A stretch of DNA of 64,000 nucleotides from a virus, in IMG/VR virus record IMGVR_UViG_3300046804_004538, positions 7,212 to 71,211 of that record; one strand, given 5' to 3'. Under the pieces are notes generated by a model, which ran no database searches, had not been told where the DNA came from, and was given only the letters and a program-made list of their open reading frames with translations. Position 1 is the stretch's first letter. The number at the start of each line of letters is the position of its first letter. The position numbers were made by a program, and so were the translations under genes. This document shows, in pieces, positions 10,301 to 20,212 of this stretch.

Positions 10301-11479
10301 TCTACCTAAAATTCTTTGCCACTGAAGAACACCAGACGAATTATACTTTGCAATAAGAAATTTATCTGTATCAAAACCATTTGTTGAACCACTAATAAAT
10401 ACATCATCATTACTATCAACCGTTACTGAATATCCATAATCCTGAGTTGGATAACCTAAACCAAGACTTCTTTGCCATTGAAGAACACCAGATGAGTTAT
10501 ATTTTGCAAGTATGGAATTAAAACTGCCGGGTGAACCACCAGAGTTTGAAAAACCACACATATACACATTGCCAGCACTATCAACTGCTACACCTTGACC
10601 ACGATCATCGGTGTCCGACCCCGTGAGCCTTCTTTGCCATTGAAAAACACCTGATGTGTCATACTTGGCAACAAACATTCTATAACGAGTGCTAACAGTT
10701 TCAATTCCACAAATGTGCGGATTGCCGCTACTGTCTAAAGCTAAATCGTATCCAAAGTTAAAAGATGTACCAAATAATCCAAGAAGTCTTTGCCACTGAA
10801 GAGTGCCAGATGCGTCATACTTAGCGATAAACAAATCATAACCACTCGATGCGTTCTGCGCAGTTCCACCAATATAAACGTTTCCACTACTATCAACTTT
10901 TACTGATTGTGCTTGTTGACTATTAGCACCACCAAGAGTTCTTTGCCACTGAATATTGCCAGAAGAATCAAGTTTTATAATATATGCTTCATCAGTGCCA
11001 ATTATTACAGTGCCGGCCACATATACGTTGTCGTTACTGTCCACTGTTATTGAGGAAGCATAATAAACAGTGGACATAGTTTTTTGCCACAAAAGGGTGC
11101 CAGTTGAATTATATTTTGCAATTTGAAAATTGTAACCAGTTCCGTATTGTGTGCCACAAACATATACGTTACCACTACTATCAATTGCAACATCTTCACC
11201 ATAAACACTGAATTCTAAGTTTGAGGAACTTAGGGTTGCTATCCAACCTGCCGATGTTGCTCCATCACCTAAACGAATGTTGTTAGGAATACTTTGCGTC
11301 GATCCAGAATTCCCAGTATAAAGAAAAGTTGAAAACACATCTTCAACATAAACTGCTGTGGGTGTGACGGGTGCTGATGGAAAAGGAAAACGTCTAAGGC
11401 TCAGTCGATTTGAACTGAACTTATATGTCGATACTTTTTTACTCTGAAGAGTACCTACACTGAACTTTTTTAAACTCAT
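7301..11479 (-). CDS. Large receptor-binding/fibre tip protein: beta-propeller repeats, YTGNG-type repeats and a second propeller
   Basis: About 7 copies of (V/L)DSSGNVY..G...IAKY.SSG.LQWQR (SBBP-like); FFD(V/I)VTYTG.G...HNLG..P repeats; C-terminal YGNG.YV.VG..G...S.DG.TW repeats. Confidence 0.8.
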   Translation of the reverse strand: MSLKKFSVGTLQSKKVSTYKFSSNRLSLRRFPFPSAPVTPTAVYVEDVFSTFLYTGNSGSTQSIPNNIRLGDGATSAGWIATLSSSNLEFSVYGEDVAIDSSGNVYVCGTQYGTGYNFQIAKYNSTGTLLWQKTMSTVYYASSITVDSNDNVYVAGTVIIGTDEAYIIKLDSSGNIQWQRTLGGANSQQAQSVKVDSSGNVYIGGTAQNASSGYDLFIAKYDASGTLQWQRLLGLFGTSFNFGYDLALDSSGNPHICGIETVSTRYRMFVAKYDTSGVFQWQRRLTGSDTDDRGQGVAVDSAGNVYMCGFSNSGGSPGSFNSILAKYNSSGVLQWQRSLGLGYPTQDYGYSVTVDSNDDVFISGSTNGFDTDKFLIAKYNSSGVLQWQRILGRNESISGIGAAYGYSIKVDNRSSMYICGYIQDPNGKQRMLIAKLPADGTGIGGYEVGGYTYRYEESTLTNSASTFSNTAGVLNNTAASLSNTSNTFTTSTSNLTSSLATVSTGTGSGGMVWIKARSGVTNHAIYDTARGATLDLASNLTDGQTTQTTGLTSFNFNGFTIGSLSKLNGGSALYASWTFRKQAKFFDVVTYTGNGLDNRQIPHNLGATPGCFMIKRTDTAGSWTVYHRSIGSSNYLTLSSTGASAPGSYFNDTDPTSTAFTVSSGPLVNSSGGTYVAYLFAHDAGGFGNLGTDNIISCGSFTTDGSENSTTVLGYEPQWLLLKAFDGATAASQSWQIFDSVRGLTVNATDDSALQPNNTNTETQLNRIGITSTGFTTNAFGTNTSFIYIAIRRGPMRTPTDASKVFQPVVYTGTNVDNRLVPTGILTDMIMARQRNSTSIGFVVGDRLRSNEYLRTDNDSAGVTDADSLMTPTVGYGNSFSAMNGFGVGNDATSQLNISTVASNQVVEAFARAPGFFDIVTYTGTGVARTVNHNLGAVPKMMWIKGLNAAADSWIVYSSALGSDVYVGLQSSVEPTTSTTALNSTAPTASVFSVGSNGETNGNGDSFVAYLFGEIPGISKVSYYLGKGAGTVNQIDCGFTTGARFLLVKSLLGVASWYVWDTARGIVAGNDPYILADLTNAETTNQDYVDSYAAGFELSTTAPEQLNGSYADNWDGQTIAGTSNFLDVMYENGYWVAAVTTNIYYSVSGYGWTLVSSISAGAVYGLAFGNGLYVAVGGSGRISTSSNLTSWTARTSGTTSALNGAAYAFGKYWACGASGTVVSSTDGVTWSTVSIGTANTLNRVRFLNGNLIFVGNSGTIVTTADGTTFTVQTSGTVNAINDVTYGNGLYVIVTNNGTIHTSPTLVTWTSRNPGNLAGNDINGVVWTGSRFVAVATLGETGYSADGITWPNGAAAGSANIPCVAYGNDMIIAGNSDGTVYASNPKFIFIAIA

Positions 11480-11481
11480 TC

Positions 11482-11820
11482 TTAGTAGACTTCAGTGCCA
11501 AATGCAGAGAACGATAGAAGCGAACTGTTTGCATTGACAGAAACAATAGAGCCTGCGTTAAGAGTAACACCTAAAGTCAACGTAACTGTATCTCTTCCTG
11601 GTACATTGACACTGTATGCAAGATAGTTTGCATTTGCAACAGCAACGCCTGAAGCATTTGCTGAAATTCTAAATGCACCTCCATTTGCAGCACCCTCATC
11701 CAGGTTCGCCACAGTAATCGATGAAATGATAGCAGAATTACCAGCTGGCACTGTATAAAGAGTGCTGAGTACATTTGCTGTGGGATTTCTTTGTCCTAAA
11801 ATTTTATATGCTCTTGCCAT
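11482..11820 (-). CDS. Small beta-rich adaptor-like virion protein (YKILGQ type)
   Basis: MARAYKILGQ.NP...LYTVPA...SSI.VAN...SFSAFG.E pattern. Confidence 0.7.
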   Translation of the reverse strand: MARAYKILGQRNPTANVLSTLYTVPAGNSAIISSITVANLDEGAANGGAFRISANASGVAVANANYLAYSVNVPGRDTVTLTLGVTLNAGSIVSVNANSSLLSFSAFGTEVY

Positions 11821-11834
11821 TTATTTTTCCTTTT

Positions 11835-12503
11835 TTACATTCCACCGAATAAAAATGCATCGTCAAATATGTCTGGAGGTGATACAATATTGTTTCCAGA
11901 AATTGCATTATCTGCGATTAGATTACCTGTGATTGTTCCTGCAACAATGTTATTAGCACGAATAACATTATTAGCCAAATCATTACCAGTGATTGCACCA
12001 TCTGCGATTAGATTACCAGTAATAGTGCCTGCAACGATGTTGTTACCACGAATTGAATTTTCTGTGATGTTATTGCCACTCACAGAACCTACGGCTAATT
12101 TTGTAGCCGTCACACTACCGTCTGCAATATCTGATGCAATGACTGTCCCTGGTGCAATCTTACTGCTCGTCACAGAATTGTCTGCAATTGCCCTTGAAGT
12201 AACTGAATTTGCTTGAAGTTGACTTGCAGAAACTTGATTGAACGTCAGTGTAATTGGTGATGTATAGTTCACCAAAATGTTTTCTGTTCCTAAAGACGGC
12301 GCTTCAGTAAATGTAACAATACCTGAAGAAACATTATACGATGCTATTGGTGTTTGTAATACACTGTTGACAACAACTAAAATCGCATTGGCATCATCAA
12401 TAGTTCTTGACAAAGTGAACTGAGTGCAAGCACCTGTACCGCTAAACTTATCTACTTTAGCAGTAAAAACGTTGACTTCAGGACTGTTGCCAATATATGC
12501 CAT
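11835..12503 (-). CDS. Fibre stalk protein (MAYIGN.P N-terminus, IRGNNIVAG repeats)
   Basis: Paralog of 5726..6328; ends FDDAFLFGGM. Confidence 0.75.
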   Translation of the reverse strand: MAYIGNSPEVNVFTAKVDKFSGTGACTQFTLSRTIDDANAILVVVNSVLQTPIASYNVSSGIVTFTEAPSLGTENILVNYTSPITLTFNQVSASQLQANSVTSRAIADNSVTSSKIAPGTVIASDIADGSVTATKLAVGSVSGNNITENSIRGNNIVAGTITGNLIADGAITGNDLANNVIRANNIVAGTITGNLIADNAISGNNIVSPPDIFDDAFLFGGM

Positions 12504-12835
12504 TAGGTAACCTCCAGAACTGAAACAATAACGTCTGCTGATGACGCAACTGAAGTGTTGACTTGCAGATAATCGCCCGCTTCAAGCACAAGTTTTTGGT
12601 CTCCACCGACTGGCACTAAAGCACCACCCGGAGCAATTGTCGCATCTTTAACAAGGTAAACATTATTAGTAATGGTGCCACCATTAAGAATAACATTCGC
12701 CGAAATTGGAGAAGCAGTAATATTGGCAATTGTCATGCCGATTACCGTTGCTTGTACACCAGCACCAGCAGCGTAGGCATTCTGTGCTGTCGTTCCAGCA
12801 GCCTTGAGTGTTTGATTTTTGAAAGTATTAGCCAT
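12503..12835 (-). CDS. Small beta-rich adaptor-like virion protein (MANTFK type)
   Basis: MANTFKN...VIGM.IAN...YLVK...I.PG.AL...KLVLE.GD...DVIVS.LE pattern. Confidence 0.75.
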   Translation of the reverse strand: MANTFKNQTLKAAGTTAQNAYAAGAGVQATVIGMTIANITASPISANVILNGGTITNNVYLVKDATIAPGGALVPVGGDQKLVLEAGDYLQVNTSVASSADVIVSVLEVT

Positions 12836-12864
12836 TAAATCCTCTGTTTTTCTTCAGTATTTAT

Positions 12865-13080
12865 TCAACCCAAAGCAATAGCAAAAGCAAGGGCGGTATC
12901 AACCGTAGAGTTGTTTCCTGTTACAACCAAATCTCCACCAACAACTAAGTTCGTGTTAGCATAAAATGTGCCACCGACACCGTTTGTCAGATTGTTTGCA
13001 ACCGAAATCAAATCTTGTGTTGCAACAAGCCATTGCTGAAAAGTATTTGCGGTAGTTACTTGTTTAATATTCGCTGGCAT
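12865..13080 (-). CDS. Short fibre-anchor protein
   Basis: NTFQQW...T N-terminal motif and ALAFAIALG C-terminus. Confidence 0.65.
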   Translation of the reverse strand: MPANIKQVTTANTFQQWLVATQDLISVANNLTNGVGGTFYANTNLVVGGDLVVTGNNSTVDTALAFAIALG

Positions 13081-13082
13081 TT

Positions 13083-13292
13083 TTATCCTTTATTTGCAAT
13101 CTGTTGCAACAAAAACTTAATTTCTTGAAAGTCATTTTTCAAAGACGATATCTCTTCGTTGAGGTGTTGAATTTCATCTTTCACTTTATTTTTATTCCTG
13201 TGTTCAATTAGATTTTCCCTGTCAACACTAATTATTGCATTGTTGAAAGGGTCCCTCAAAAGATTTTTATGGTCTTTTACTTTATGCATCAT
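13083..13292 (-). CDS. Small coiled-coil protein downstream of the VrlC-like gene
   Basis: KV..H.NL.RD....AII...; C-terminal heptads. Conserved position in T4-like aquatic phages (recalled). Confidence 0.7.
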   Translation of the reverse strand: MMHKVKDHKNLLRDPFNNAIISVDRENLIEHRNKNKVKDEIQHLNEEISSLKNDFQEIKFLLQQIANKG

Positions 13293-16200
13293 GATAGTGC
13301 AATCGCTCTCAGGTTCTTGACTGTCGGTGCAGCCGCCGGGTTTGTAGAGAAGAACACAATCTTGATTGCAAATGTTCTGAAGTTTGTATATGTAACTCCA
13401 CTTGAGGTGTAAGCAACATTATTTACCTTATATTCATAATCATAGTATTCAGAAGCATTTTGATTTACCGAAGATACTCCACTCTGCGTCATCAATACCC
13501 AAGATTTGTTCTCAATCTTATCCGAATCGGTTGCCGATAGAACACGATAATACACTTGAATTGAAGAACCTTGTGGTAAGTTTTGTTGCAGATAAACTCT
13601 GAGAGCAGTTGCATCAAATCCATCATTTAGAGTAACTTTTCTCATAAGGTATTTTGACGCTGCACCACCACCCGATGGCAGTGTTTCAGGATACGATGTG
13701 ACATTTGCTGATGATGAACTTTCTAACAGATTTTTGATTACAACATATGTAGAAGTTGAAACATCAACAAACGGTGAAACATCTGGATTTGTTGTCAACA
13801 TTGAGATTCTTACGTTTGCATCTGCTGCTGTATTAGCAACTTTTCTTTGATCCAAGATAATATTAGAATTAGGAATAATTCCAACGTAATCACTTAGAAC
13901 TGCTGCTCCATTGTTTTTAGTTGCCAATTCAAAAGAAATATTTGCAGATTTGGCCACAGAATCATAAGGAATAGTGAGTCTTGCTGCATCATATTGCTGC
14001 TCGTAACCAAATCGTTCAGTGTTCAAAACAGCGACTTGTGTTGTATTTGCATTAAATTCACACTTTTTCAGAATAAAACAAATATCACTGTTTTGGTCTG
14101 GCGTCCAAGTTGAGCCATTCTGAGACTTGAAGAATGAGCCAATGTAAGGTTGAGAAACAATTGGTCCAGTTCCATCAATTCTTTGTTTCAGAATTGTGCC
14201 AATGTAAACATTATATTTGTCTGAGTTTGCCGCAACAACAAATGAATACTCACCTGGCTCCAAGAAAATTGGAGAACTGAATGTGAATGTTGTGGCTACT
14301 GGCACATTTGCTGTTACGGGTAAGTTTACATTAGTTGGATTTAGTGTTACAGTCGAACCGGGTATTACATAATTTGAATCTGGGAATCCATTCACTGTTG
14401 GTCTGAGTTCAACAGTAACAGGAATTCCAGATGTGTCTTTTGTAGCAAAAAAGAGGTCGATGCTTGAAACGTAGATACCTTCTGGATTTGTAAATGGATT
14501 TACAAAGAATGTTTGTGCAAGTGGGTCACCGACTGTACACTTTTCTTTTGCAGCTTCATTCTTGAATGCTTCTGTAATTTTTTCTTGTGAGGCACCTCCA
14601 GCTGCAACAGATACCCAATAATTGAATCCATCTTGGTCCGGTTGTCTTCCTAGCTCACTCTTATAAAGAGCGGCAACATATGTGGCAGCGTCATTGGCTT
14701 TAGTCACTACATCACCATAAGAAGGTGGTGTGTATGTTGAAGTTCCCGTCAAGTCTTTAACTGCTTTTTGATAGTCTGTGCTTCCACCATATCTTCCACC
14801 ACCACTTGAGGCAGCAGAAATTGCAACAGCAACACCTGTTGTGTACGTTGGAGCCACAGAATCAATATAAACTCCTGTATCACGTGACAGACCGTTATCG
14901 ATAACAACCAAACCTGGATTCGTTGTCACTGGCTGCTTTTTTTTCTTCTTCTTTTTCTTTTTGCCAGAATAGAAATAAGTTTCCGCAATAGTGCTTGCTA
15001 GTTGCATTCCTAAACGATTATCACAGAAATATAAATGATTTTCACCAAAAGTAAACTTGAAGTTATCATCATTAGGAATTTTTAATTGACCTTTAACATA
15101 ACCATTATTGTTTGTTACGAGTGCTTCGGTTGTGTAAGTATTTGAAACGGTGTTATATGTGTTCAAATAACTACCAAGATGTACGGAATCTAGGTAAACT
15201 GTCAACTCTGTATTAGGTCGCATTCCAAAAAGTTCAAAGTTGATAGTAGTGTTAGCGACATATAAAAGAACTCTATTATCGTTCAGTCTACTATCATTTT
15301 CTCTTACTAAACCACTGGATGTTGTTTGAATTTGTTGTCCAGAAGTTGAATAATATGTATATACTATATTATTCTCTTCTGAGAAACCTAGTAAAGCCCA
15401 ATCGTTCCATTTTGTTCCTTCAAAGTTATTTGAATAAGCATAATTATCCAAATCTTTGTCTTTATTCAAAACAACTTTAGCTTTTTTGAAATCTATCCAT
15501 TTTGGAGATTCTTTATCCAGTTTTACATATCCGATAAATCCAACCACATTGAATGGATTTACATTGATTATTCCCGATGCTACATTTTGAGTAATATAAG
15601 GAACAGAAGTGTAGGACAAAGTGAGTAAATTGCCCGTTACCGCCAGTGTGTTACTTGAAACTGATAAGAAAGTACCATTACTTTCAAATTTTGGTCTTAA
15701 AACTTCATTGTCATAATCAATTGAGCATTTATAGTCTGAACTAAAAACATCACCAACGCCATGACCTTTGAATGAATCTACAATAAATCCATTGTTAAAT
15801 AATCTATTATCTTGGTCATCATAATAAGTGGTTGATGCAACATCTTTTTCTAAAAGATTAAGTGCTGTATAATACTCAACTCTTGTTAAACGATTATCAA
15901 GAGCACCAATGTCTCTCATTGTATAACGTCTGTTGTTTTGAATAGTTATATCAACATTACTTGAACTGTATGTGTAAGGGTCAACTTTCAAAGTATAAAG
16001 AGTCATTGCATCCAATTCATCATTTGGAGTTGGTGGGTTATTCAACGCACTTACACCCGAAATAACTTTGAATGTACCATTCTTACGTAAAACAATTTTG
16101 TCCGTTCTTCCAAGATAATATTCAACGTCAGTGTCAACTGAGCCAATTAGCGAATCAACAATCTGTTGAGAGCTAAAAGACATCGATAGATTCGAATAAA

Positions 16201-18637
16201 CATTCGATGAAGTATCTGCAACTCTAATTGGTCTGAAGTCAATTGAATCTCTTAAATCAATCACTGTTCCATCCGACTCTGTATAAGTTGGAATAGTATT
16301 ATAGGTCGGATATGATAATGTATCGAAGAAACCTGTGCCGGAATGACTGTAACGGTCAAATATAATCAAAACATTACCACTATTTACAGTAGCATCATTT
16401 TTAACTTTAATTGTGGCGTGGTCATAAAAGCTATCTCTTTGACCATAATCAATCGTAAAACTACTAACTACATTTACGTTCGCATTGGCATTCGCAGAAT
16501 TTGTTGTGCTATTAGAAATATAAATTGCCGAAACATTGACAACATCAGCAAAACCTAAAGACAATGTGTTTGCGGTGTATTGATTGATAAACTTTCTTAC
16601 GCCAGTTACTAAAGTTTTCGTTCTTCTTGCTGCTGCTGTAATATCAAGCGTTGTAAGGATGTCTGCTGTGCCATTGAATGTCGCATCACCAAGATTGATG
16701 TTTAGAGTTGCGGGCGAACCAACTGACGGAGAAGGCACACTAATATATGAACCAGCACTTAGATTTACCCAAGTAAAATTAGGAAAAGAACCTGTGCCAC
16801 CAGTGCGAATACAAATAGCATAATGCTTTTGAAGATTTGTACCACTTACATCTTTGAATCTTTCTGTTCCGTCATTTGTTTGAACTGATGCTACACCAGC
16901 CGTAAATGAAACAGATTTGAACACTCGTTTTGCATTATAATTGACTTGTGAAAACTGTTTTATTACATCATAAGATGCTTCAAATACTGAAGATTCGTAG
17001 TTTGTATCAGTCAAAAATGCCGATCTGAACGTCAATGATTGTAATGTATTATTACCAGCAGGAGTAGCACTAACGGTAATATCATTTCCATTGATTGCAG
17101 TAACGTAAGTTGGAAACGAAATATTTGTACCAGAGACACCCATACCAACAGTAACGCCAGTCGAGCTTGCAAGATTGATTACATTTGAATATGAATAATT
17201 TGTTCCTGCAATAGTTCTAGTAAGTATAGAACTAGAATGAATGTTGCAAGTTGCATTTACGGAAGTTGAGTTTCCTGCAATAATACAGTTCGCTAAATCA
17301 ATTGGTGTATTACTTGTTTTTACAATATTGAATAACTGAAGTTTATAAACTGATGTTGATCCATTACCGCTTACATACTCAAGATTTTTTGGATATGCTT
17401 CTGCTATTTTTGTTGAGGCACTGAAAGCACCGTTATTTCTATGTAATTCAAGTTTTTCGGCAGTTGAGAAATTGATAACCGCTCCGTTGGCGGTAGTAAC
17501 ATAAAAATAATTGCCGTAATATGCAGGCACATCGTAGCCTGAAACTGTTTCTGTATCTCTTGACTTTGACAATAGAAGCTCAGTTACTCCAACAGTTTCT
17601 ATTTCATAGCCTCTGACGTATGCTTTTCCAGGACTTATATCTAAAACAAAAACTGTATTTCCTGAATCTGTAAATTTTTCATCTGAAATTTTTGGGTCTA
17701 ATCCTTCAACCTTATAATCTCCAGATTCATCATAAGTTCTTCTAGCAAGAGTATCAGCTAAAACAGAATACTGTGAGTTTTGAACATTCTTGACTAATTG
17801 ACCTCTTCTATAACGTGCAACTTCAATATATTTTGAACTAGTCAGATTTGGAATAGATTCATTGGCACTAATTTCTTTTGTAGTTAGTGTAAGTGTAATT
17901 TTATATCTGTCTGCGCCTGGTGCGATATAATTTGAAGCCCCAACGGCAGGATCAAGTAACGAAGTATCTGAAGAAGATGTTACAATAGATTCTTCAACAT
18001 CAAAACCAACAGTAACATTTGCATCATTAGAATATTTTGAAACTATTACAGTTTGGGGGTCATTTCGTACAAAATTTCCATTGATGAAAAAAACACCTTC
18101 TGTTACAGAAAAAACTCTTGCTATGGTAGATGACTCGGTTGCTGATACATTCGCTCTTGCAACAAGATTAGCGGTTGCAAGGTCATCGGTAGAATAAATT
18201 CTTAGAGTTTCAGAATTGGCGATTGAACCATTTGAATTAAGTGTAGATACACTTGATGTTTTTATAAAAGTTAGCAATAATGTATTTGGGTCAGTGTCAT
18301 CGGCAACTACTGCTTTTTTAATTTTGTAAACGGCATTACTGCTATTTGCCACTGCAAAATAATTATCATATCCTGAAATGCTAATTGCAGTTCCAGAATA
18401 AGTTGATTGTAGCTTAACCGAATAAACTTGTTCGTCAAATGTCTCGGCACCAGTAACTTTTGAACCTTCTTGAAAAACATGCTTACCAAAACGGTCAATT
18501 TGATTTTGTAGAATAGTTTGGGATTGTGTCAATTCACGTGCTTGAACGGCACGGCCAGGTCTAAACAGAATTCTGTGAAAATTTTTATCTTCATCAAAAT
18601 CATCATAATATGGATTCGTATTGAAATTTAATGCCAT
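13289..18637 (-). CDS. VrlC-like (DUF4815) large baseplate/structural protein
   Basis: NPYYDDFDE.KNFHRILFRPG.AVQARELTQ.Q, LARRTYDESGDY, DPLAQTF and F..FAIKIV..S.N....P motifs. Confidence 0.9.
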   Translation of the reverse strand: MALNFNTNPYYDDFDEDKNFHRILFRPGRAVQARELTQSQTILQNQIDRFGKHVFQEGSKVTGAETFDEQVYSVKLQSTYSGTAISISGYDNYFAVANSSNAVYKIKKAVVADDTDPNTLLLTFIKTSSVSTLNSNGSIANSETLRIYSTDDLATANLVARANVSATESSTIARVFSVTEGVFFINGNFVRNDPQTVIVSKYSNDANVTVGFDVEESIVTSSSDTSLLDPAVGASNYIAPGADRYKITLTLTTKEISANESIPNLTSSKYIEVARYRRGQLVKNVQNSQYSVLADTLARRTYDESGDYKVEGLDPKISDEKFTDSGNTVFVLDISPGKAYVRGYEIETVGVTELLLSKSRDTETVSGYDVPAYYGNYFYVTTANGAVINFSTAEKLELHRNNGAFSASTKIAEAYPKNLEYVSGNGSTSVYKLQLFNIVKTSNTPIDLANCIIAGNSTSVNATCNIHSSSILTRTIAGTNYSYSNVINLASSTGVTVGMGVSGTNISFPTYVTAINGNDITVSATPAGNNTLQSLTFRSAFLTDTNYESSVFEASYDVIKQFSQVNYNAKRVFKSVSFTAGVASVQTNDGTERFKDVSGTNLQKHYAICIRTGGTGSFPNFTWVNLSAGSYISVPSPSVGSPATLNINLGDATFNGTADILTTLDITAAARRTKTLVTGVRKFINQYTANTLSLGFADVVNVSAIYISNSTTNSANANANVNVVSSFTIDYGQRDSFYDHATIKVKNDATVNSGNVLIIFDRYSHSGTGFFDTLSYPTYNTIPTYTESDGTVIDLRDSIDFRPIRVADTSSNVYSNLSMSFSSQQIVDSLIGSVDTDVEYYLGRTDKIVLRKNGTFKVISGVSALNNPPTPNDELDAMTLYTLKVDPYTYSSSNVDITIQNNRRYTMRDIGALDNRLTRVEYYTALNLLEKDVASTTYYDDQDNRLFNNGFIVDSFKGHGVGDVFSSDYKCSIDYDNEVLRPKFESNGTFLSVSSNTLAVTGNLLTLSYTSVPYITQNVASGIINVNPFNVVGFIGYVKLDKESPKWIDFKKAKVVLNKDKDLDNYAYSNNFEGTKWNDWALLGFSEENNIVYTYYSTSGQQIQTTSSGLVRENDSRLNDNRVLLYVANTTINFELFGMRPNTELTVYLDSVHLGSYLNTYNTVSNTYTTEALVTNNNGYVKGQLKIPNDDNFKFTFGENHLYFCDNRLGMQLASTIAETYFYSGKKKKKKKKKQPVTTNPGLVVIDNGLSRDTGVYIDSVAPTYTTGVAVAISAASSGGGRYGGSTDYQKAVKDLTGTSTYTPPSYGDVVTKANDAATYVAALYKSELGRQPDQDGFNYWVSVAAGGASQEKITEAFKNEAAKEKCTVGDPLAQTFFVNPFTNPEGIYVSSIDLFFATKDTSGIPVTVELRPTVNGFPDSNYVIPGSTVTLNPTNVNLPVTANVPVATTFTFSSPIFLEPGEYSFVVAANSDKYNVYIGTILKQRIDGTGPIVSQPYIGSFFKSQNGSTWTPDQNSDICFILKKCEFNANTTQVAVLNTERFGYEQQYDAARLTIPYDSVAKSANISFELATKNNGAAVLSDYVGIIPNSNIILDQRKVANTAADANVRISMLTTNPDVSPFVDVSTSTYVVIKNLLESSSSANVTSYPETLPSGGGAASKYLMRKVTLNDGFDATALRVYLQQNLPQGSSIQVYYRVLSATDSDKIENKSWVLMTQSGVSSVNQNASEYYDYEYKVNNVAYTSSGVTYTNFRTFAIKIVFFSTNPAAAPTVKNLRAIALS

Positions 18638-18646
18638 GTTTAACCT

Positions 18647-20203
18647 TTAAAATTGTATAATAAATCTAACATTCTCAGCTTGACCATCTTCTCTTTCTAT
18701 TTTTTCGATGTTTTCGACGTACAGTACATCACCAGAATATGGTTCAAATTCGGGATTAGTTGACGCTACAACCGTTCTTGATGCGCCTGAAGTTGCTCCA
18801 ATTAGTGATAGACCTACAACAAAAGTTCCTTGAACTTGAGTAATTTTTACAGCACTTGCGGTTTGTGAATAAACAAAACCATAAGCTACAGTGTTATTAG
18901 CAGTTACTTGAGACACATACTCATTCAGTGTATAAGACGGACCTGGTGTCAAGGTCAATGTTCTTGCTTGAGAAACGACTGAATTTGCTGTTGAGTTGTT
19001 TGCTTTTGCTGCTTGACCATATTTATGCGGGTTTCTAAGCAATCCAAATTGTCTAAAAGAGGTATCTACAGAAATCAAACCGTTTTCTGTTGAGTCCACT
19101 TCTCCGATTCGAGCTGTAACTTCAACGTTTTTTGCTAACAAATCTTTTGCTGGATTTTTGGCATGGCCGTACTTGGGTGCAATAATTGCTCTTGCATTTG
19201 CACCCGTACCCGAACCAAATATCAAAACATTTGCTCTTGAATAACCAGTTCCAATTGTTGTCAACGTAATTTTGGTTATTGCTCCATTGGCCAAAGTTGC
19301 TGATGCTGCGGCACTTGTTCCATCTCCGTCAAAGTAAATTCGGGTTGCAAAAGACAAATTATTACCAGTTCCACCACCGTTTGCTGTTGTAGGTGAAGAT
19401 AAGGTTATTTTATTGTTAGGTGTATCGAGAACAGAAATAACAGTACCAGTTGGAATACCTGTTCCAGAGACAGTCATATTTGCAGCAACATTCGTTGTAT
19501 TAGCAACCGTCAAAATTGAGCAACCAGTGATAAACGAAGTGACATTGACGCTTGTATCATAATAACCAGAACCACCACTTGAAATTACTACCGTAGTCAA
19601 TTCACCTTCTACAACACCGCTGTTATCTAAGTTAAAATCTGATAACGTGCTTGCTTGTGTATTTCGTGTTGGTGTTGGTATCCAATCTGTACTCAAGAAT
19701 TTGTTCGATGATTTCACATTGAACATATACTTCCAAATGTAACCATCAGCCGTTGAGATAGCACCATTTGATGTTGAATAATCACCTGTTGGTTCTACCG
19801 TAGAGTTTGAAGAATAGTTATTTGACAGACACTTGTAAACATTTTTAGCCGATGTAATAATATAGAATGGCTTTAGATTCTGAGATGTGTTGCCAGTAAC
19901 CAAATCTGACAAAGCAATCGTATCATCATATTGACGATACTTTGTATTTGCTGTCCAGTTGACTCTTGGTATTACAAGTTCAACATCGTTTGCCGTAACT
20001 CTCTTTGCCGCAAACATATTGTCCCAAACTAACTTTTCACTTGAGATTGTTTCTACAATGCTTGGTGGCGAAGATTCGTTAGCGTATGGAGTGTGATTTC
20101 CAATGAAAACATACTGAATAGATGGATCCGAGTCACTAAAAGAGTTTTTGAATCTCTCAGCATTTTCTAATGCAAGTTTTTCGGATGTGTAATTTAGAGC
20201 CAT
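18647..20203 (-). CDS. gp8: Baseplate wedge subunit gp8-like
   Basis: VIPRVNW, VYKCL.N, EPTG, DGYIWKYM motifs; sits after gp6/gp7. Confidence 0.85.
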   Translation of the reverse strand: MALNYTSEKLALENAERFKNSFSDSDPSIQYVFIGNHTPYANESSPPSIVETISSEKLVWDNMFAAKRVTANDVELVIPRVNWTANTKYRQYDDTIALSDLVTGNTSQNLKPFYIITSAKNVYKCLSNNYSSNSTVEPTGDYSTSNGAISTADGYIWKYMFNVKSSNKFLSTDWIPTPTRNTQASTLSDFNLDNSGVVEGELTTVVISSGGSGYYDTSVNVTSFITGCSILTVANTTNVAANMTVSGTGIPTGTVISVLDTPNNKITLSSPTTANGGGTGNNLSFATRIYFDGDGTSAAASATLANGAITKITLTTIGTGYSRANVLIFGSGTGANARAIIAPKYGHAKNPAKDLLAKNVEVTARIGEVDSTENGLISVDTSFRQFGLLRNPHKYGQAAKANNSTANSVVSQARTLTLTPGPSYTLNEYVSQVTANNTVAYGFVYSQTASAVKITQVQGTFVVGLSLIGATSGASRTVVASTNPEFEPYSGDVLYVENIEKIEREDGQAENVRFIIQF

Positions 20204-20212
20204 AAGTTTTGT

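Noticed and set aside
1-12100. Repeats as a CRISPR array or DGR template/variable repeat
   Set aside because: The repeats are degenerate at third codon positions inside ORFs, with no unique spacers and no adenine-specific variation. No cas or reverse transcriptase gene is in the window.
14500-14960. Intein in the VrlC-like gene near DPLAQTF
   Set aside because: No CF/CL..GT start and no HN-C/S/T end; the insert looks like a DUF4214-type domain.
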